Origin: Candidatus Zixiibacteriota bacterium
Lineage (GTDB): Bacteria > Zixibacteria > MSB-5A5 > WJJR01
Length of the DNA: 13,898 nt
NCBI GenBank assembly: GCA_036170655.1
Contig: JAVHPP010000071.1
Coordinates: forward strand, 1-13,898
Reading direction: 5' to 3'
This document shows, piece after piece, positions 7,879 to 13,898 of this stretch (its first letter is position 1; each line of letters begins with the position of its first letter). The notes under the pieces are model-generated. The model saw nothing but the letters and a program-made list of their open reading frames with translations. It had not been told where the DNA came from and made no database searches. The position numbers were made by a program, and so were the translations under genes.

Positions 7879-8143
7879 ATGAGGAGACTGCCACTCGGTT
7901 GGGGGAGTGGCATGGGATGGGACAAATAGGTCCTATACTCTACGTAGGCGCGGGGCGGCACACGATCTTGGTGGCGAGACGGTCCCTGAGGGTCGGAGTG
8001 TCCGCCATGCTGCCTCAGGCAGTCCTCTGGCACTTCACTCAAGGGCATAATGACAATGGAGCGAACTCAGTTCGCGGCACTGGGAACAAATTCAGCCGTG
8101 GAATCAGGTGCCTCGCTGAGGCACGATGTAGTATCATGATTGC

Positions 8144-8920
8144 ATGAATAACATCCTCCTCGCCATCGACATCGGCAACACAACGACGCAGATCGGGGCG
8201 TTTGATGGCGACCGGCTGGTGTTTTCGTTCCGTCTTGCATCGACGCACACTCGCACTCCCGATGAAGCGGCGCTTCTATTGCGCCACGTGTTTTCGGATG
8301 CCGGGTTGCAGGCGGGATCGATCAATGGTGCAATTGCTTGCTCGGTGGTGCCATTTCTGACACCAGTGATCACGGCGGCGGTGGAATCGACCTGCCACGT
8401 GACTCCCATGATTGTTTCGCATCAACTCAAGATGGCGATACGTCTGGCCGTGCCGTTCCCCGATCAGGTCGGCGCCGACCGGATCGCCAATGCCGAGGGA
8501 TTCTGGGTCGGGCATCATGCTGCGGGCATTGTCGTCGATTTTGGCACGGCGACGACATTTGATGTGGTCTCCAAGGACGGCGCCTATCTGGGGGGCGCCA
8601 TCGCTCCCGGTCTCGAGACATCGGCCGAGCGGCTCTCGCAGAAAGCTGCACAACTGTTCAAGGTGAGCATCGAGCCACCGGTGTCCCCGATTGGTACTAC
8701 CACAGAGGATGCGCTCAAATCGGGGCTGTTTTATGGTGCCGTGGGGGCTGTCGACGAGATTGTCCGGCGGATCATGGCATCAATGGGCGGGGTGGTCAAA
8801 GTTGTGGCGACTGGAGGGCTGGCCTCGGCGATATCCAAGGAGTCGAAAACGATCCAGTCAGTCGATTCAGCGTTAACGCTTAAGGGATTGAAAATCATAT
8901 ACTTATCGAATTTCCCCTGA
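8144..8920 (+). CDS. coaX: Type III pantothenate kinase
   Basis: LAIDIGNT, SVVP, VGADRIAN, VVDFGTATTFD, YLGGAIAPG, ATGG, LTLKGL. The birA-coaX linkage is a common arrangement. Confidence 0.95.
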   Translation: MNNILLAIDIGNTTTQIGAFDGDRLVFSFRLASTHTRTPDEAALLLRHVFSDAGLQAGSINGAIACSVVPFLTPVITAAVESTCHVTPMIVSHQLKMAIRLAVPFPDQVGADRIANAEGFWVGHHAAGIVVDFGTATTFDVVSKDGAYLGGAIAPGLETSAERLSQKAAQLFKVSIEPPVSPIGTTTEDALKSGLFYGAVGAVDEIVRRIMASMGGVVKVVATGGLASAISKESKTIQSVDSALTLKGLKIIYLSNFP

Positions 8921-9012
8921 CGCGGCATGATTTCTTAGATGTCTACCTGTGGCCCCGCCAAGGGCTGGTTGTGCGTCATCCCGCCGCGAGTTGGCATATT
9001 TCCAAAAAAGAT

Positions 9013-9042
9013 TTGCATACATCAGGTCGGTCTGCGTATAAT
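9013..9042 (+). promoter_or_regulatory. Sigma70-type promoter of groESL
   Basis: TTGCAT (9013-9018), an 18-nt spacer, then TATAAT (9037-9042). An A-tract lies upstream and the CIRCE starts 11 nt downstream. Confidence 0.75.
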
Positions 9043-9053
9043 CGCACAGCCTG

Positions 9054-9080
9054 TTAGCACTCACTGCCATCGAGTGCTAA
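9054..9080. promoter_or_regulatory. CIRCE element (HrcA operator)
   Basis: Perfect consensus TTAGCACTC-N9-GAGTGCTAA (TTAGCACTC actgccatc GAGTGCTAA) upstream of groES. Confidence 0.98.
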
Positions 9081-9206
9081 CAAGTATCTTGGCCACAGTC
9101 CAACATTGGAAGAATGGAACCTGGTTGCCAATACGACAACAGGTGCCAGTTCAAGCACAATGACAATCGGTCCGAAGCGAGACCAAAGCAAGAAAGGGAG
9201 GAAGAA

Positions 9207-9497
9207 ATGCACGTCAAGCCGTTGGCAGATCGCGTCGTGGTTAAACCACTCGACACGGAAAAAGAAGTGAAGAAAGGCGGGATCATCATCCCCGACACCG
9301 CCAAGGAAAAGCCCCAAGAGGGCGAGGTGATGGAGGTCGGTAGCGGACGCAAGACCGATGAGGGTAAGACCGTACCGCCGGAAGTCAAGAAGGGCGACCG
9401 GATCCTCTACGGGAAGTACTCCGGCACCGAAGTCACGATCGACGACAAGGAATTCCTGATAATGCGCGAGTCCGACATTCTGGCTGTTGTTGGCTGA
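9207..9497 (+). CDS. groES: Co-chaperonin GroES (96 aa)
   Basis: SD GGGAGG before ATG 9207. [57 protein letters not shown]. Confidence 0.98.
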   Translation: MHVKPLADRVVVKPLDTEKEVKKGGIIIPDTAKEKPQEGEVMEVGSGRKTDEGKTVPPEVKKGDRILYGKYSGTEVTIDDKEFLIMRESDILAVVG

Positions 9498-9556
9498 TAC
9501 AGGGATCGCATCCGGGATTCCTGAACCCATCACTGAGACAAACGATCATTAAATGA

Positions 9557-11227
<1,671 letters not shown>

Positions 11228-11258
11228 TCCACTCGTTCACTGATTGGGACTGACGAAC

Positions 11259-11298
11259 AACCCCCGCGCTGGGAAACCGGTGCGGGGGTTCTCGTTAG
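11259..11298 (+). terminator. Strong hairpin after groEL, probable intrinsic terminator or 3' stabilizer
   Basis: 14-bp stem AACCCCCGCGCTGG-GAAA-CCGGTGCGGGGGTT (11259-11290, two G-U pairs). It is extendable by CTGACGA/TCGTTAG (11250-11256/11292-11298). The U-tract is imperfect (TTCTCGTT). Confidence 0.7.
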
Positions 11299-11545
11299 AT
11301 TTACCCTTCCGACCGGGCTACGGCAGGTATTCGATATGCTCGAGGGAGTAGAACAGGGGAAGCGTACCTTGGGGTAATGACACTCGAAGGCAGTAGAAGC
11401 GTCTCTTCTCTTGTAAGATATTGCCGTTCCCGGTGTTGGCACCTCGGAGCGAGGGGATTAACTATGCGCTGTGTTCCCACAATACCGGAGTCTCCGGCTT
11501 GGGATGCTTTCGTCGCCCACTTGTAACTTTAACGCACTTTTGTTC

Positions 11546-11574
11546 TTGCACAAACGCCGCACAAAGCGTAACTT
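11546..11574 (+). promoter_or_regulatory. Putative sigma70 promoter of the DUF3857 gene
   Basis: TTGCAC (11546-11551), a 17-nt spacer, then TAACTT (11569-11574), with an AT-rich upstream flank. Confidence 0.5.
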
Positions 11575-11665
11575 CCCACGGGACCTTAGGGTCCACCCCT
11601 TCCACGGGGAACAGTGGGTCCCCCCCGACCCACCGCAATGAGTTGGAAAACTTAAGAGGGTTTTG

Positions 11666-13660
11666 ATGCGCGTTGCGAAAAGTTGGGTGCAGTCCCAAAT
11701 CAATCGGACGCTACTAATAATCGCCCTCTCGGCCGTCACAGCACTGACACCACGTCATGTGTCTGCCCAAGACGCTACATTTGTTCCATGGGGGCAGTTA
11801 ACCCCGACGGAATCCAGAGATCGTCTCCACGACGATCCGACAGCAGGGGCTGTTGTTGTCTTTGACCGTGGTCTCATCACGGTTGGCCCCGGTTTCAGGT
11901 TTACGTACGAGAGGCATCGCCGGGTTCAGATATTCCGCGCCGATGCCTATCGTTTTGCCAATGTGGAAATTCCCCACCACGTTTCGGAGCGCATCGTCAG
12001 GATTGAGGCGCACACGCTGACTCCTGACAACCGCACCGTCGAAGTTCCGCTGGACAAGATTCGCGAGACACAGGTCGGCGACCGGGTGAGCAGTGTCTTC
12101 GCGTTTCCCGAGGTCAGTCCCAAGTGTGTTGTTGAGTACCGTTACTGGTTGTCTTCAGACAACTTCTACTTCCTGCGTCCGTGGGTCTTCCAGAATGATA
12201 TCCCGACTGAGTATTCCGAACTCTCGGTGAGGTTGCCGGAAGGATTCGAATACGAATCCGTGCTGAACAATACGGATTTTGTTCGCGGGCCGGACACGAC
12301 TTACATACCGTCATTGAGATACGAAGGTGGCAAGATACGTCAATTCACCTGGCATGCGCATGCGCTGCCGCCGATCATGGCCGAGCCGTGTGTCCCCTCT
12401 CTCATGGATTACCGTGTACAGATCGATTTCCAGATTGTCCGCTTCCGCGAGAAGGAGAAAATCTGGGAATTTGTCGATAGCTGGACTGATCTAGCCGGGC
12501 AGGTGAGGAAGGTTTACCGGCCGTTGCTGCGTCACGAAGACACATGGCCTACTCTGGGGAAAATCCCTGAAGCGGTGCCGGATGTGGTGCGTGCCAGACG
12601 CGCGTTGCTGGAGCGGGTCTATCAGTTTGTCCGCGATTCGGTCGTCTCCAGCGGCGAGGCCAGTTCCGTGATTGCCCCAGAGTTGTTGTCGGCGCGAGCC
12701 GTTATGGTGCAGCGTCGCGGCAATCCCATCGAGAAGAATCTGCTCCTTGTGTCCCTGTTGCGATACCACGGTCTTGCGGCCTATCCGGTGCTGATTTCCC
12801 GCCGGGACCATCTGCGATTCGACGGGCGCGACCATCGCCTTGACCAGTTTAATCATATACTGGTCATGGTTGATCTTGGTGGCGATCGCGTCTTCTGTGA
12901 TGTCAACGTCCCCGTGGCCTGGCCGGGATACCTGCCGCCCGAAGATCAAGTGGAGGCGGGAATCCTGATTGATTTCCCCCATGCCGACGATGACCATAAC
13001 GTTGTGCTGGAAATTCCCGGCCCGCTGGTCGGCAATGAAGTTACGGGAGTCGCGAACATCGAGCTCCGTGCCGATGGATCAGCACACGGCCATCTGGAGG
13101 CCCATGTGGCTGGTCAGGCTGCCTACGAGTTGTTGCGTGCTTTGGCCGATCGTGATACACTCGGCTATCTTCATGCTCAGTGGCTGCCCGAGATCAGTCT
13201 CGTGTCGTTTACGATTGACCGCGACCCGGAAAATGGATGGGCGCCGATCAAGTTCGCGGCGGAATTCGAGTGGCCCGAAGCGGCAACGGTGGATGACAGC
13301 CGTCTCTTTCTGCGTCCGGCCATGCTCCGTAAACTGGACAACAATCCGCTGATGACTTCCTTTCGGCACTATCCCATCTCGTTTGATTCGCCGTGGTCAG
13401 AGAATTGTCGCATCATCTGGCGGTTGCCCGAGGGTTTCACGCTCAACGATTTGCCGGGATCAAGAGAGATGTTGGGCGATGGGTTTGAGTTCCGCGCTTC
13501 CATTTTGCGCGATGATTCCGGTCAGGTGGTGGCGACACGGATCTGGCGGGTGACACACCGCGACTTCCCGGTCGTACGGTTCTCCGAACTCCGTGAGCTG
13601 TTCAGTGCCGTGCAGTTGTCGCAACGGGGACTGATGGTTCTGTATCGCGATTCTCACTGA
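11666..13660 (+). CDS. Secreted DUF3857 + transglutaminase-like + DUF3858-type protein (664 aa), probably catalytically inactive
   Basis: SD-like AAGAGGG before ATG 11666 and a Sec signal ending VSA-QD. The N-domain motifs are DPTAGAVVVFD, RRVQIF, IEAHTLTPD, FAFPEV..CVVEYRY and WVFQNDIP. The core has RGNPIEKNLLLVSLLR.HGL.AYPVLIS and FNHIL...FCD. The C-domain has NPL...RHYPI.F and LPEGF...LP. Confidence 0.85.
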   Translation: MRVAKSWVQSQINRTLLIIALSAVTALTPRHVSAQDATFVPWGQLTPTESRDRLHDDPTAGAVVVFDRGLITVGPGFRFTYERHRRVQIFRADAYRFANVEIPHHVSERIVRIEAHTLTPDNRTVEVPLDKIRETQVGDRVSSVFAFPEVSPKCVVEYRYWLSSDNFYFLRPWVFQNDIPTEYSELSVRLPEGFEYESVLNNTDFVRGPDTTYIPSLRYEGGKIRQFTWHAHALPPIMAEPCVPSLMDYRVQIDFQIVRFREKEKIWEFVDSWTDLAGQVRKVYRPLLRHEDTWPTLGKIPEAVPDVVRARRALLERVYQFVRDSVVSSGEASSVIAPELLSARAVMVQRRGNPIEKNLLLVSLLRYHGLAAYPVLISRRDHLRFDGRDHRLDQFNHILVMVDLGGDRVFCDVNVPVAWPGYLPPEDQVEAGILIDFPHADDDHNVVLEIPGPLVGNEVTGVANIELRADGSAHGHLEAHVAGQAAYELLRALADRDTLGYLHAQWLPEISLVSFTIDRDPENGWAPIKFAAEFEWPEAATVDDSRLFLRPAMLRKLDNNPLMTSFRHYPISFDSPWSENCRIIWRLPEGFTLNDLPGSREMLGDGFEFRASILRDDSGQVVATRIWRVTHRDFPVVRFSELRELFSAVQLSQRGLMVLYRDSH

Positions 13661-13720
13661 ATCGTTCCCGGTCCGGGAGACAGGACCGCGGGGCACTTCC
13701 CATCAAGAGCCATTGCGTCC

Positions 13721-13758
13721 CCCGACCTTGCGCGGACTGGTCGGGAATTGTTTTTTTT
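13721..13758 (+). terminator. Putative intrinsic terminator after the DUF3857 gene
   Basis: CCCGACC (13721-13727) pairs with GGTCGGG (13739-13745) and is followed by AATTG and T8 (13751-13758). The loop is long and the U-tract is offset. Confidence 0.5.
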
Positions 13759-13762
13759 CGGA

Positions 13763-13787
13763 GGAACCCCGGTCCCCCGATTTCGTT
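13763..13787 (+). promoter_or_regulatory. Putative ECF sigma factor promoter for the next gene
   Basis: GGAAC (13763-13767), a 16-nt spacer, then CGTT (13784-13787), preceded by a T-tract. It matches the GGAAC-N16/17-CGTT ECF consensus. Confidence 0.4.
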
Positions 13788-13898
13788 TTCTCTTGGCAAA
13801 TGCCCTTGGCGGCGTATTGTAATAGTAGTTGTTGTCCGGGCTGTTGATGACAGGATATGCTGGGGAGACGATCAAGAGTGGAGAGCCGGATTCTGCGG

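Noticed and set aside
7879..8143. CRISPR array or MITE interpretation of the birA-coaX spacer
   Set aside because: There are no identical 23-47 bp repeats with regular spacers, no cas genes, and no terminal inverted repeats.
9500..9523. Hairpin CAGGGATC-N8-GATTCCTG between groES and groEL as a terminator
   Set aside because: It has no U-tract. Intercistronic stems in groESL are ordinary and at most affect stability.
13793..13810. Sigma54-like TTGGCA motifs here and near 11437 and 8992
   Set aside because: None has the required GG-N10-GC spacing.

Overview
GC-rich bacterial chromosomal window from a diderm (LptB and an outer-membrane secretin are present). All supported genes are on the + strand. 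In order: the 3' part of a type IV filament (T4P/MSHA/T2SS-type) assembly cluster (PilN-like, PilO-like, membrane-anchored PilP/MshK-like, short PilQ-type secretin), then lptB, a YbbR/CdaR-like membrane protein, tsaD, nadC, bifunctional birA and coaX. Next is a CIRCE-controlled groES-groEL operon with a strong 3' hairpin, and then a secreted DUF3857/transglutaminase-like protein that lacks the catalytic Cys. No rRNA, tRNA, CRISPR or transposase was seen. The region is mostly housekeeping and I cannot support a clearly new multi-gene system. The most unusual signals are intergenic: (1) a GTAG-type REP doublet inside a 10-bp direct repeat between tsaD and nadC; (2) a palindrome-dense, possibly inserted segment between birA and coaX; (3) both of these spacers are spanned end-to-end by short ORFs overlapping the upstream stop codon; (4) a three-hairpin leader with C-rich loops ahead of the DUF3857 gene. 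All family assignments come from motif recognition by eye, not from database searches.
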